64,000 nucleotides of DNA from an uncultured Pseudomonadales bacterium (GCA_964607285.1 CAZSJW010000007.1:3079-67078), one strand, 5' to 3'; counted from the first letter of the stretch, positions 1-10,478 are shown. Notes: generated from the sequence alone by a model not told the origin. Translations and numbers: made by a program.

Positions 1-1373
1 TACTCCAGCGGCAACTGGCGCACCAAGTCATCAATAAAACCATTCACAATCAGTTTTCGTGCATCAGACTCGCTGACTCCACGACTCATTAGGTAGAACA
101 GCTGATCATCTCCAATCTTGGAAACCGTTGCTTCATGCTGAATTTCCACATTTGAGTTGAAAATTTTGTCCACTGGATATGTGTCAGATCTAGACTCGGG
201 ATCCAGCAACAGAGCATCGCAGATAACGGTATTTTTGCTGTGGTGAGCCTTTGGCCCAACGCTCACCAACCCCCGATAGCTGGTTCGGCCGCCACTTTTG
301 CTAATAGATTTTGAGACTATTATAGAGCTGGTGTATGGGGCTAAGTGGATCGCTTTTGACCCTGTGTCTTGATGCTGCCCCGCACCTGCTAAAGCCATGG
401 AAAGGGTTTCTCCTTTTGCCCCTTTGCCCGCTAAAATAAATCCTGGGTACTTCATGGTGACTTTTGAACCCATGTTGAAATCCGTCCACACCATTTGTCC
501 CTCTGCTTCTACCCATGCCCGTTTCGTCACCAAGTTATAAACGTTTTTATACCAGTTTTGTACGGTGGTGTACTGGCAGCGTGCTCCTTTTTTGACGAAG
601 ATTTCGACCACTGCGGAGTGGAGCGAACCAGTAGAAAAGCTTGGTGCTGTGCAACCTTCAATGTAGTGAGCTGAAGCACCCTCATCAATAATAATCAGGG
701 TACGCTCGAACTGTCCTGCATTGGGCGAATTTATGCGGAAGTATGTCTGCAGCGGCATCTTGACATCCACACCTGGTGGAACATACACAAATGAACCTCC
801 AGACCAGACTGCAGTGTTGAGCGCAGAAAATTTATTATCTCCACTAGGAATAACTTTGCCAAAATACTCTTTGACCAAATCAGGATGTTGGCGAAGGGCA
901 TCGTCCATCGACAAGAAAATTACGCCATCTTTGGCGAAGACTTCTTTCAGGGAACCGTACACAACTTCTGAGTCGTATTGTGCCTTTACACCAGCTAATA
1001 CCGAACGCTCTGCTTCTGGAATGCCAAGCCTTTCAAACGTTTCCTTCACATCCGGAGGTACATCATCCCATGACTTTGCCACTGCATCTGTTGGCCGTAA
1101 GTAATAAGAAATCTTATCAAAATCTATGGCCGACAAATCAGCACCCCAAGGTGGCATCTGCTTAGCTAAAAATTGTTCATAGGCTATTTTGCGCAACTTA
1201 AACATCCACTCAGGCTCGCCCTTGAGAGCTGAAATTTCATCTACGACTCCCGAGCGTAATCCTGGTTTAGTAATGTGCGTGTATTGGTCGGTCGGGAACG
1301 AGTACCCATGCTCGTAAGAATCGAGTCCTTGGGCTTCAAAATCAGTAGTATTTTTTTGTGCAAATCGAGCCAT
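1..1373 (-). CDS. sufB: Fe-S cluster assembly protein SufB (3' end truncated by the window edge; start codon near 1371-1373)
   Basis: Manual minus-strand translation from the ATG near 1373 reads MARFAQKNTTDFEAQGLDSYEHGYSFPTDQYTHITKPGL...FGKVIPSGDNKFSALNTAVWSGGSFVYVPPGVDV...RGVSESDARKLIVNGF, typical of SufB/SufD-family proteins. It lies downstream of sufC in the same orientation. The ORF is absent from the track because no stop falls inside the window. Confidence 0.85.
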   Translation of the reverse strand, partial: MARFAQKNTTDFEAQGLDSYEHGYSFPTDQYTHITKPGLRSGVVDEISALKGEPEWMFKLRKIAYEQFLAKQMPPWGADLSAIDFDKISYYLRPTDAVAKSWDDVPPDVKETFERLGIPEAERSVLAGVKAQYDSEVVYGSLKEVFAKDGVIFLSMDDALRQHPDLVKEYFGKVIPSGDNKFSALNTAVWSGGSFVYVPPGVDVKMPLQTYFRINSPNAGQFERTLIIIDEGASAHYIEGCTAPSFSTGSLHSAVVEIFVKKGARCQYTTVQNWYKNVYNLVTKRAWVEAEGQMVWTDFNMGSKVTMKYPGFILAGKGAKGETLSMALAGAGQHQDTGSKAIHLAPYTSSIIVSKSISKSGGRTSYRGLVSVGPKAHHSKNTVICDALLLDPESRSDTYPVDKIFNSNVEIQHEATVSKIGDDQLFYLMSRGVSESDARKLIVNGFIDDLVRQLPLE

Positions 1374-1384
1374 GGTTTTTGGGT

Positions 1385-1873
1385 TTATCGAGCGACTTTT
1401 TTGAGCGCTAACTCAACTGCATCTTTGACGAACTTGCCTTTAAATAAATCAAAATCATAGTCGCCAACCTCAGCAAGCGTGACCCAAGCCGAATCGGTGT
1501 GCTCGTCACTCAGTTGCACCACCGGCTGCTCTGGCAGTGGAACAACCCATACACAAATAATGCTAAATAATTGTTTGTTCGCATCGAAATAAGTATCAAA
1601 AAGTACTAGGTTTTCTGGTGTAAACGCTGCTGTTTCGACCAAAATCCCAGTCTCTTCTAGAACTTCCCGCGCTGCATCAGCTGCATACTGCCCAAACCCA
1701 GACTCTGTTGTCTCTGGCCATTCACTGTTCCCACCAGGCGCGTCCCATTTTTCTGGTCTTGAGTTGGCGTTGGCTGCTCTTTTGAGCAATAATACCTTGC
1801 CATCAACAACGAGTGCAACTTTTTGCAATAACTTAACATTCTCAGTTAATTGATGAGGAATTCGCTGTGGCAT
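1385..1873 (-). CDS. NUDIX hydrolase
   Basis: Nudix box GGNSEWPETTESGFGQYAADAAREVLEETGI (GX5EX7REUXEEXGU pattern). 162 aa, placed between sufC and sufB. Confidence 0.75.
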   Translation of the reverse strand: MPQRIPHQLTENVKLLQKVALVVDGKVLLLKRAANANSRPEKWDAPGGNSEWPETTESGFGQYAADAAREVLEETGILVETAAFTPENLVLFDTYFDANKQLFSIICVWVVPLPEQPVVQLSDEHTDSAWVTLAEVGDYDFDLFKGKFVKDAVELALKKVAR

Positions 1874-2640
1874 TACGACTCCTTTTTGTCTGTTTTGACG
1901 GCGTAGCCAGTGGCTTCGATTTGTTCGGCTAGTTCTGCGCCACCCATTTGCACGATTTTACCTTTGCGCATGACGTGGACGACGTCAGGCTTCAGATACT
2001 TCAAAATTCTCTGATAGTGCGTGATAACTAGTACGCCAGAATTGTAGCGATCAATCACAGTGCGCACGCCTTCGGCAACTTTTTTGATAGCATCTACGTC
2101 CAAACCAGAATCAGTTTCATCCAAAATTGCATATTTTGGCTCTAACACTGCCATCTGGACGATTTCCAACTGCTTTTTCTCACCACCGCTGAAGCCTTCG
2201 TTGAGTCCACGAGCTAGCAACTCTGTGTTTACCTGCAAATCTTCTGCTAGAGCTGTCATATGCTTGCGGAACTGAATGACTTTGGTAAACAGTTTGTCTG
2301 GCTGGTCTTTAAATCGTGCTTGATGCGCCAAGCGCAAAAAGTTTTGTACTCGCACACCAGGAACTTCGACTGGATATTGAAACGCTAAAAACAATCCCTG
2401 TTGTGCTCGCTCATCTGGCGACATCGCCAAAACATCCACACCGTCCATCTGCACAGACCCGCCAGTGACCGAATAATCGGGATGTCCCGCCAAAGTCGCA
2501 GCTGTGGTGGATTTTCCAGAGCCGTTAGGACCCATCAACACGTGAACTTCGCCAGGTTTGACCGTCAAAGACACATCGTGCAAAATTTTAGTTTCGGCGA
2601 TGCTGACAGCTAAATTCTTGAGGGTGAGTCCGGTTGGCAT
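1873..2640 (-). CDS. sufC: Fe-S cluster assembly ATPase SufC
   Basis: ABC ATPase with Walker A GPNGSGKST, signature LSGGEKK-like FSGGEKK and Walker B ILDETDSGLD. Overall sequence is typical of SufC. Confidence 0.9.
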   Translation of the reverse strand: MPTGLTLKNLAVSIAETKILHDVSLTVKPGEVHVLMGPNGSGKSTTAATLAGHPDYSVTGGSVQMDGVDVLAMSPDERAQQGLFLAFQYPVEVPGVRVQNFLRLAHQARFKDQPDKLFTKVIQFRKHMTALAEDLQVNTELLARGLNEGFSGGEKKQLEIVQMAVLEPKYAILDETDSGLDVDAIKKVAEGVRTVIDRYNSGVLVITHYQRILKYLKPDVVHVMRKGKIVQMGGAELAEQIEATGYAVKTDKKES

Positions 2641-2688
2641 GAGGTAGTAGTATACCGTACATGCTATGAATTCGGAACCTACATCGAA

Positions 2689-3411
2689 TCACCACTCAAT
2701 CACAATCGGCTCGACATTCTCGTAAGGCCGTTCAGTTTCTTTTTTGAATAACATAAACTTAAACACCATCTCCCCAATGCGTGGATGACCACAGGCTGTC
2801 AAGGTCTCTATGGCATGCTCAACTGTATCATCATCGTGGAAAACAAATAATTGTTGCTGAAGAATTCCATTTAATCCACCAGCTACAACAATTCTGTTTT
2901 CACGATCTATGAGCATGGCACCCTGCTCTTGAGCCTGCTCTAAACTTGTAATAAAAGTGGGATACAACTCTTTTGGCAATGTGCCTTGCAGATAATTTCC
3001 CATGGTCTGACTTGCTTGCACAGCACAGTTTGCATAAGGGACTGAAATGCTCCATCCATCCCGCATTGTAAACACCGTGACCAAGTCTAACGGCCCTAAG
3101 CCATCTACCAGAAAATCATACTCATCAAAAGCGATGCCAATTGCATCGGGCTCAGCAATCAACTGTTCAAGCTGAGGCACTCTACGATCAATAATAGATG
3201 CTATTGCAGTAAAAAAATCATCAATCATCTCAGCGGCAATTGCGTGAATGTCGAGAGAATCCTCACGCTCCCGTGCGGAAAAATACTGAGCCTCTACAGC
3301 TGTAAATATCAAATGTTCTACATTGTCTAGCAGTTTACTGCCAGTTTGAAGATGACTTAAACCTGCTGAGTGACATGCATCTGTAACTAAATATTGTGGC
3401 AAGTGCGGCAT
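2689..3411 (-). CDS. hypothetical protein (overlaps the upstream ORF by 77 nt in another frame)
   Basis: 240-aa ORF with no recognisable motif. Overlaps ORF 3335..3736 out of frame. Confidence 0.35.
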   Translation of the reverse strand: MPHLPQYLVTDACHSAGLSHLQTGSKLLDNVEHLIFTAVEAQYFSAREREDSLDIHAIAAEMIDDFFTAIASIIDRRVPQLEQLIAEPDAIGIAFDEYDFLVDGLGPLDLVTVFTMRDGWSISVPYANCAVQASQTMGNYLQGTLPKELYPTFITSLEQAQEQGAMLIDRENRIVVAGGLNGILQQQLFVFHDDDTVEHAIETLTACGHPRIGEMVFKFMLFKKETERPYENVEPIVIEW

Positions 3412-3736
3412 CTAAACTCTGTGGAATATTTGACTCTTCAGCAACTGATAAATAATTTTGTGTGAGTGGATTTAAATATACCCAAGGTGTACCAGAATCA
3501 TTTGGCGTCACAACATATGTATCAAGCAATGAAAGGTTGTACCGCTCATCCCCTACAGAAAATGCAACCGATTTATCAGTCATAGTAGGAGATGAGAAAC
3601 GCACCATCAGCTGTGTCCCAGGAGAAAGACAATCTCGTACTGTTCCAAGAGCAACCCCCTTTGGCAATTCAGTAAAAGAAATGGCCTTGTTTTCAAGTTC
3701 ATTTTTTTGAGAAAAAATTTCAGTTGTCATATCCAA
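3335..3736 (-). CDS. hypothetical protein (possibly the N-terminal part of a frameshifted gene together with 2689..3411)
   Basis: 133-aa ORF. Its 3' end overlaps the next ORF in a different frame. Confidence 0.3.
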   Translation of the reverse strand: MDMTTEIFSQKNELENKAISFTELPKGVALGTVRDCLSPGTQLMVRFSSPTMTDKSVAFSVGDERYNLSLLDTYVVTPNDSGTPWVYLNPLTQNYLSVAEESNIPQSLDAALATIFSYRCMSLSRFKSSSNWQ

Positions 3737-3791
3737 ACAATAACTGTTACCGATTCAAGGGCCATATTAAAAGATACTACAACAAGACCTG

Positions 3792-4916
3792 GTGACCATA
3801 TTCTATACTATCGCTATGAAACTCAACACACCATTATTTTTACTAGGCACAGGTACCTTTCTGCTCGGTTTACTCTACATGAGCTGGTTTGGCTTTGTGG
3901 AAGTAGAAGCAGAGATTTACAATGCAGGAATGGTGTACCGCTCCCTGGGCATACTTGCGCTGCTTTTAGGTTTCTTTTTTGACCAGCTGATGCGACGTTC
4001 CAATGTATGGAGTGCAATCGCACTGGTGCTAGCTACTCTTATCGCTGTGTTGCATATCCCGCCACTACTTCTATGGCTGAGTAATACTCCAGTCACAGAT
4101 TCGCCAACATCTTTTCCTAACCCACAAACCGCATTGTATCCTCTTCTTCATTTTTTCAGTCTGCTTTGCTATGTTTGGATGCTCAGACTGACCAAACCCC
4201 GGCAAACGCTGCAAGAACAAAAAGTGTCGTTGATTCTTAGTGCGTTAGTACCGATTAGTGTGTTGATGACCTGGTTTCTAGCGCTGGAACTGCAATCTAG
4301 TCAACCTATGGTGTACAGCGTACCTGTCGGAACTAGTGTTGCCACTTCCAATGATACTAACCCAGTTGGCATGCCCTGGGATGGCATCCCGCCAATGGAA
4401 GTTCCGCAAGATTCCCTGCAATCCCAAGTACCCGCGCATGAGAAATGGTATCATCCAACAATTCTTGGTACACACATTTATTCGCAACAGGATGAGAGCG
4501 GCAGGACGTATTTCTTGTCAGATGATTTGAACACCAGTAGCGAATCAACTGCAAAAATTATAACCAGACACCGTGAAGAATCAGAGAACTTGCCGTACAC
4601 CATTGTTTGGGAACCCAGCACTCCCACAGCAATTATTCAGTTTTTAGATGATGATGCGGAGAGCTATTCCATATATCTTGTCCAACCAGTAGGTGCGTAT
4701 GGAACGAATCTGCCAATTACAATTTCAGTTGAACAGTTGAAGCTGCCTTTTGCACAAAATACTCAGTACGCACCAATTTCATGGGTATACCAAGACACTA
4801 TTTTGCTCCGAAAAACGGCTCCTGCGCTCAACTCTGCAGATCAAAGCTTAGACACACAAACATATTGGCTGTACTCGCTAGCTGAAAAGAAGTTGCTAAG
4901 ACAGGTAAATTTATAG
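3792..4916 (+). CDS. hypothetical integral membrane protein
   Basis: Several hydrophobic helices in the N-terminal half (LFLLGTGTFLLGLLYMSWFGF, AIALVLATLIAVLHIPPLLLWL, LILSALVPISVLMTWFLAL), followed by a soluble C-terminal domain. Confidence 0.5.
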   Translation: MTIFYTIAMKLNTPLFLLGTGTFLLGLLYMSWFGFVEVEAEIYNAGMVYRSLGILALLLGFFFDQLMRRSNVWSAIALVLATLIAVLHIPPLLLWLSNTPVTDSPTSFPNPQTALYPLLHFFSLLCYVWMLRLTKPRQTLQEQKVSLILSALVPISVLMTWFLALELQSSQPMVYSVPVGTSVATSNDTNPVGMPWDGIPPMEVPQDSLQSQVPAHEKWYHPTILGTHIYSQQDESGRTYFLSDDLNTSSESTAKIITRHREESENLPYTIVWEPSTPTAIIQFLDDDAESYSIYLVQPVGAYGTNLPITISVEQLKLPFAQNTQYAPISWVYQDTILLRKTAPALNSADQSLDTQTYWLYSLAEKKLLRQVNL

Positions 4917-4919
4917 TTT

Positions 4920-6230
4920 TTACCGCCAGTTACTCAACCGAGCATCATCCTTGACCAGCAACAGCTGATTTGCAGCTTTATCATATGTGTAAAGCTGCTC
5001 GGCAGAAACACTATGATCTATGGTTTGAAACAAAACCGTGTCATCATCGATCATCTCAAAACCCTCAAATCCCATGCCAAGCTGTTTTTTAAAACTTGCT
5101 ATCTGGGTCAAACCTGCAGGATTCTGTGGATTCACAGCCAACCACTCAATTTCCATTTTGTCTTCCCCAGGATTCGATGACTGTACAACAGCAAAGAGTC
5201 TCAAGGCTCCCATTTGGTACGCTCCGTACAATTGGTACTCCTGAGGCACACTAGCCAGTTTTTTAAATGTTTGATCTAGAATCGAGAGCTGCATCAGTTC
5301 TGTTGAAGTTTGGTCTCCTAGCGTACTAACATGTTTGACAGCGAGTAACGAGTGATCATCATACCAGTCAAGCATATACCCGCCATACCCACCAAACTCC
5401 TCTGCTATCGGGATTGAGACTTCAGCTTTAGTGGCTATAGACACTACCACTGGCTCCATACCTTCATAGAAGCCCCTTCGCACATACAGATACTGGTTTG
5501 TTGGAGAAAAGCTCATACCGTTGTAGCCGAAAATCAGCGTACCCCTACTACTTTTAGCTTGTGTGGAAGTCGTTTGTCCAAACAAAGGTTCAGTTGTGTT
5601 CGTTTCAAACGAGTGTACATATACATTGTTGGAGGTTGAAAATGCTACGTGCTTACTGTCACGGGAAAAAGCAATTTCGACAAGTCGATACACATACTCT
5701 AAGTTCGTAGTTACATCTATTGAAAATAATTCTGTTTGCTGGCCTGTTTGCGTATTTAGCAAAAAGAGGGTATCAGGATACACAAACTGGTGTCCTACTG
5801 AATTTTCTTGCAAAGCCCCCACAGTGTAAGCTACATACGTACCGTCTGGACTCGACTTGAATGCCAAAACTGCCTTACCCGCTGAGAACAACTGCGTGTC
5901 AACATCGTTCATTGACTGCCAAAGTTGCCAGTCTCGCACATAGTAAAGCGGTTTGGATTCTTCCTGAGACACTATTTCTGGAGTAGTGGTTGGTGTTTCA
6001 GCCACTTGTTGTTGGGATTTTTCCTCTGGTCGATTTATGACATAGAACCAAAGACTACCTATGCCAACCAGTAAAAATAACAACAGAACTACTGAACTTG
6101 TGAGAAATCTCTGTTTAGACTCTGCGAGCTCTGGATGATCTATTGTGTGCTGAAACTGTAATGGTTGTTCAAGTGTTTTTTCAGGCGTTGGCAGTTGGCT
6201 CATAGAGCAATTGTACAGCAAGCACGACAA
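4920..6230 (-). CDS. membrane-anchored TolB-like beta-propeller (PD40 repeat) protein
   Basis: N-terminal TM helix (VVLLLFLLVGIGSLWFYVI). Repeated SPDGTYVAY / SRDSKHVAFSTS motifs are typical of PD40/WD40-like propellers. Confidence 0.5.
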   Translation of the reverse strand: MSCLLYNCSMSQLPTPEKTLEQPLQFQHTIDHPELAESKQRFLTSSVVLLLFLLVGIGSLWFYVINRPEEKSQQQVAETPTTTPEIVSQEESKPLYYVRDWQLWQSMNDVDTQLFSAGKAVLAFKSSPDGTYVAYTVGALQENSVGHQFVYPDTLFLLNTQTGQQTELFSIDVTTNLEYVYRLVEIAFSRDSKHVAFSTSNNVYVHSFETNTTEPLFGQTTSTQAKSSRGTLIFGYNGMSFSPTNQYLYVRRGFYEGMEPVVVSIATKAEVSIPIAEEFGGYGGYMLDWYDDHSLLAVKHVSTLGDQTSTELMQLSILDQTFKKLASVPQEYQLYGAYQMGALRLFAVVQSSNPGEDKMEIEWLAVNPQNPAGLTQIASFKKQLGMGFEGFEMIDDDTVLFQTIDHSVSAEQLYTYDKAANQLLLVKDDARLSNWR

Positions 6231-6235
6231 GAGAA

Positions 6236-6784
6236 TCAGTGTGAACGAAGCACCCCTAGCACCTCTTCCCGAATTCCCTCAAAGGTCTCAAGCTCCATCA
6301 CCTCCTCCGCACTAAACCACCCAATCCCATCGGTCTCTTGCATGTTTTGCTTGTACTTTACATCTCCAACAGGCTCAAGTAAGTAGATGAAGGAATAATG
6401 CTGCTCACACCCCCTCGGCCATTTTTCGCTTGGATGCGGCGCACTCGGATCCTCACTTGCCAACCGAGCATCGTAGTTTTCCCGACTGATCCAATGTAGG
6501 TTCGCGTATCTGGGTGTTGGCAAGTACTCACTGTCTGTGGACTCTGGCTGAGGTTGTGCACTAATCACACGTGTCTGCACCCCTGTTTCCTCAAAGCACT
6601 CTCGCACGGCTGCATTCTGCGGAAGCTCACCTTCCTCCATGTGTCCACCAGGACAGAGCCAAATACCCAGCTTTTTGTGTTTGACCATCAGAACTTTGCC
6701 TTGGTAAATGGGAATACCAACTACAGTCCAACAAAATCTAGGGGTTTTGAGGTCTGCTGGTTCCGCGATGTGCATGTCTGGCAT
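6236..6784 (-). CDS. NUDIX hydrolase
   Basis: Nudix box GGHMEEGELPQNAAVRECFEETGV. Confidence 0.7.
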   Translation of the reverse strand: MPDMHIAEPADLKTPRFCWTVVGIPIYQGKVLMVKHKKLGIWLCPGGHMEEGELPQNAAVRECFEETGVQTRVISAQPQPESTDSEYLPTPRYANLHWISRENYDARLASEDPSAPHPSEKWPRGCEQHYSFIYLLEPVGDVKYKQNMQETDGIGWFSAEEVMELETFEGIREEVLGVLRSH

Positions 6785-6833
6785 ACATTCCTAACTATTG
6801 CGATTTGCTTAATATTACACATACTTCCTGCGT

Positions 6834-7754
6834 TTAAATGCCTGCCAGCATCATCGTACCATCATATGAATATTTACTGAGCACTTTCTCCAACTCTACA
6901 ATTTCTTCAGTCCTATTCTCTGCATTCACAAAACCAAAAAAGCAAAAAAATAGCAACCTGTACTGCTCCTCACTCAGATCAGCTCTTATCCGATCCATGA
7001 GGTTTAAACATCCACTCAAATTTATAACTGCATCTATCTCCATCTGCTCTGCAATATCCCAAGTAACATACCCAAATGGGGAACTATACCCCAATATACG
7101 AGCCATCAACTCTTCTACCCACTGTGAACCAACTACCTCACCATACACTGATAACTGACTAACCAAATGCAGTGACTCTTCAATAGCAAGCGCACGAGCT
7201 AAAGGTGGCAGGGGAACATTATTTTCTCTCCCTTTACTTGAGAACTCAGCTAAAGTTTCACTACTAACTATAAAATAATTAAAGTTCCCAGCCTCAATAC
7301 CCATTGTTTTGAACTGTGTATGCAACACTCCTGACATAAGATGAGCTGCAAAAGTCCCTTTCATTTTCTCATGCAAAAACTGTACACGAGTCTCAATATC
7401 ATCAAGTACAGCCTCTAAGTGTCTCTTCTTTTCCTCATACAATGCTGGATGCTCACTCATGAACTGCAAGACCTCACCCTTGAGTTTTTCCAGTGGTTGA
7501 GATATAAACGTAGCATACTGCTCTCTTTGAGCTTGGCTTAGCGGTACTGCACCCTCCCACATCTGCGCGACCTGTATTCTGTCGTTAGTATTACACCATG
7601 TAGATTCCTCAAGCCCCGCAATGAACTTGTCTGCGAATTGAGCTACTGCCGAAAGTGTTGCCCTTTGCTCTTCAGTTTTAACTGCAGTAATACCTGTCTC
7701 GGCTTGGAACCTCTCCACCTCACTTGGTTGCTCTTGGGGGTGTTCTCCACTCAT
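6834..7754 (-). CDS. hypothetical protein
   Basis: 306-aa ORF with helical character and no recognisable motif. Confidence 0.4.
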   Translation of the reverse strand: MSGEHPQEQPSEVERFQAETGITAVKTEEQRATLSAVAQFADKFIAGLEESTWCNTNDRIQVAQMWEGAVPLSQAQREQYATFISQPLEKLKGEVLQFMSEHPALYEEKKRHLEAVLDDIETRVQFLHEKMKGTFAAHLMSGVLHTQFKTMGIEAGNFNYFIVSSETLAEFSSKGRENNVPLPPLARALAIEESLHLVSQLSVYGEVVGSQWVEELMARILGYSSPFGYVTWDIAEQMEIDAVINLSGCLNLMDRIRADLSEEQYRLLFFCFFGFVNAENRTEEIVELEKVLSKYSYDGTMMLAGI

Positions 7755-7823
7755 TCTGTGGTACTGTATGTGTTCATACTACGTGTATGTAGCTTAGCAT
7801 ACTTGCACTGCAAAACAGCAATA

Positions 7824-8417
7824 CTACAACAGTGACATTTGAACTCCAGCATCTTTTTGGGCAACATAACTAAAATCAACTGGACACTCAATTAGTCTAT
7901 TCCATTTATTTTTAAACTTTACCATTCCTTTATTCAATCCAAAATCGTACAAGTCACGGGTTACATGGACGTCCTGCAGACAGTAATCTCTAAGCTTCTC
8001 CCACTGTTGTGTATTGTAGTACTTGATTGCGTCCAATCCATTTCCTGACTTACCAATACCTAACGTTTGCTGCGCTACCGCATCCAAACTAATTCTGTGC
8101 CCAGCACTATCTTTGATGCGGGTGAGCAAATCGAGTGTAGGAATTTTATAAATATCTGCAGAGTAATATGGGACAAGGGTAGCCATATCAAACCCGTCAA
8201 TATTAAAACCAATGACTAGATCTGCCTTTTCTAGTAAAGGAAATAAGTTTGGCAGGTCTTTTTCAAAAAAACCCTGCATCTCACCTTTACCCGAAAAACC
8301 CTCACGGATACACACCCCGACAAAAGACACGCCCAATTTTTCAGGAAAGTATCCGCCCACTTCATCAAACGCATGTTTTGTTTCGACATCCAACACAACC
8401 TGCAACATGGCAAGCAC
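7824..8417 (-). CDS. DEDDy-type 3'-5' exonuclease (RNase D / Pol I proofreading-like)
   Basis: Exo I motif VLDVET, acidic Exo II region, and Exo III YCLQD (Y-x3-D) near the C-terminus. Confidence 0.55.
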   Translation of the reverse strand: MLAMLQVVLDVETKHAFDEVGGYFPEKLGVSFVGVCIREGFSGKGEMQGFFEKDLPNLFPLLEKADLVIGFNIDGFDMATLVPYYSADIYKIPTLDLLTRIKDSAGHRISLDAVAQQTLGIGKSGNGLDAIKYYNTQQWEKLRDYCLQDVHVTRDLYDFGLNKGMVKFKNKWNRLIECPVDFSYVAQKDAGVQMSLL

Positions 8418-8447
8418 TTTCTAAGAGTTCACAACTCAGGACTGAAT

Positions 8448-9047
8448 TTAACTAACAGCAGCTAAACGCTCTGCAACCTTACTCCAGTTTACTACATTCC
8501 AGAACGCTGTTATATACTCAGGTCTTCGATTTTGGTACTTCAAGTAGTATGCATGTTCCCAAACATCAATTCCTAGCAATGGCGTGCCCGTAAGCTCACT
8601 TACATCCATGATTGGATTATCTTGGTTTGGTGTTGAGCCTATCAGCAATTTCCCATCAGAAACAACTAACCATGCCCAGCCAGAACCAAACCGTGTAGCA
8701 GCTGCTGTTTCAAACTCTTTTTTGAAACTGTCAAGTGAACCAAAGTCACGAGTTAGTGCATCAGACAAACTACCTTCTGGCGCGCCACCATTTGGAGATA
8801 AACTCTCCCAAAACAAAGTATGGTTGTAATGTCCGCCACCATGATTTCGTACTGCAGCAGGGTGGGCAGACACGCCTGCTAATAGTGTTTCTATAGTTTG
8901 TGCTTCAAGTGCTGTACCTTTGACTGCCTCATTTAGCTTGTCAACATACGTTTGATGGTGTTTTGAATAATGGATCTCCATAGTCTGAGCATCTAAATGT
9001 GGCTCGAGTGCCTCATAGGGAAATGACAGTTGCGGTAAAGTAAACAT
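8448..9047 (-). CDS. sod: Fe/Mn superoxide dismutase
   Basis: [15 protein letters not shown] and the DVWEHAYY metal-ligand motifs. Confidence 0.9.
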   Translation of the reverse strand: MFTLPQLSFPYEALEPHLDAQTMEIHYSKHHQTYVDKLNEAVKGTALEAQTIETLLAGVSAHPAAVRNHGGGHYNHTLFWESLSPNGGAPEGSLSDALTRDFGSLDSFKKEFETAAATRFGSGWAWLVVSDGKLLIGSTPNQDNPIMDVSELTGTPLLGIDVWEHAYYLKYQNRRPEYITAFWNVVNWSKVAERLAAVS

Positions 9048-9108
9048 ACAAACTTTCTGGCGACAGTGAGTCGCGTGGAGTTACAGTTGAGTATAAGACT
9101 GTCTCAAC

Positions 9109-9444
9109 TTATTTTTTACTGGGTTGACGGTCCATTACCTCGAGCAGTTCTTGCACCAAGTAACCTACAAATGCGTAGACGAAAATTGCAAAAAGTGTAG
9201 TGAATTCAAGAGTGAAACCACCGCGAACTGATGAAGTAGGAAATGCTAACAAGAATGGTGCGAGTAGTGGTTCCGTTGTTTCATAAATCCAGCGGACAAA
9301 GCCTGCTTGTGGATTTGCGGCAAACAACTTGAGCACAAAACGAAACACTAACAAAATCTCAACTAGCCCAAATACAAAAGTGGTGAGATCGCGTAAAAGT
9401 TTTCCCATAGACCTCCTTACAAACATTTGTACCTGTGTTTGCAC
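9109..9444 (-). CDS. YggT-family small membrane protein
   Basis: 111 aa with two TM segments and FRFVLKLF...FVRWIYETTEPLLAPF, resembling the YggT/Ycf19 family. Confidence 0.5.
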   Translation of the reverse strand: MQTQVQMFVRRSMGKLLRDLTTFVFGLVEILLVFRFVLKLFAANPQAGFVRWIYETTEPLLAPFLLAFPTSSVRGGFTLEFTTLFAIFVYAFVGYLVQELLEVMDRQPSKK

Positions 9445-9494
9445 CCTCTACTTGTATTAGTACCATATATGAATAGTCTCGTCAAATCCAACAC

Positions 9495-10328
9495 CTAGAG
9501 TGTCCATTCATTCACAATCCGTGACAGTTCCAACAACCTATCCCGACTGGTCGTTTGTACCCCTACAAGTGCTTGTTCTACTGATTGTTGCTTTGCAGAC
9601 ACTGACGGCCAAAATACATCACCAAGCATAAATCCCTGTGCTCCACTTTCCAAAGCTGCTCGTAAGTCATTTTTAGTTGCTTCGTAATTAGTCGAACGAC
9701 TTGTCAGAATCCACGGAATGTCTATATCAGCCGTAATAGTAGCAGCGTTCAGCGGATCACCCAGATACTCGATGGCCAACATATCACAGCTGCGTGCAAA
9801 GTCATGTACACTCAGTAGTTGCGTTTCTTGCAAAATTGCAGCCTCGGGAAGCTCCGACATGGGATGATATACAAATAACTGCAAAATCAAATCAATATGT
9901 TGATAGACACAAAAATCCTTAATTTCCGCTACAAACTGCTGCTTCTTATGTGCAAGTTCCTCTGCTGGGTGATAGTACAACTCAAGCTTAGCTACTCCAT
10001 AGTTGTTGCGAACATACTCAACCCCCCAGTTATCTGCCAAGTGAGGCAAAGATAATGGATCTAACGACTCTGTTTGATCCTCTAGACTGAATACAACTCC
10101 TGCCTCATGTGGCTTCTGATTGATTGTGTTATAGGTGTAGCGAGAGTCAAGAACTACTCCCGAAACGGGTGAGAAAAGTTCGTTTGCTGCTTTACTGATC
10201 AACTCTTTCAGCTGATCAGAAGGCGGCACAGAAGCAGGTTCTCCCGCAGCAAGTGCTAATCCAAAGGGTCGATCAAATTCAAGTAGAGTATATTTTCCCG
10301 AGGTTGCTTGCAATGCTGAAAGCGTCAT
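9495..10328 (-). CDS. class I aldolase, LacD (tagatose-bisphosphate aldolase)-like TIM barrel. The likely start is the internal ATG near 10328; the track ORF extends to 10454.
   Basis: Segments LLEFDRPFG, VVLDSRYT and GVAKLELYYHP resemble the LacD-family motifs ALAFDQRG, ILLDPEYG and KFLLYYD from memory. Confidence 0.4.
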   Translation of the reverse strand: MTLSALQATSGKYTLLEFDRPFGLALAAGEPASVPPSDQLKELISKAANELFSPVSGVVLDSRYTYNTINQKPHEAGVVFSLEDQTESLDPLSLPHLADNWGVEYVRNNYGVAKLELYYHPAEELAHKKQQFVAEIKDFCVYQHIDLILQLFVYHPMSELPEAAILQETQLLSVHDFARSCDMLAIEYLGDPLNAATITADIDIPWILTSRSTNYEATKNDLRAALESGAQGFMLGDVFWPSVSAKQQSVEQALVGVQTTSRDRLLELSRIVNEWTL

Positions 10329-10478
10329 GTACTCAGTATATAGCCATATCTTGAGTTGAGCAATCTTTCCTAAATTTTTAAAACAACTTGTTACTGTGAT
10401 ATAATAATTTTTATAGGTTTCAATATGCATGAACTCGAAACTACAGCAAACCAAGAGCCACGACCAAAAAAGAAGGCA

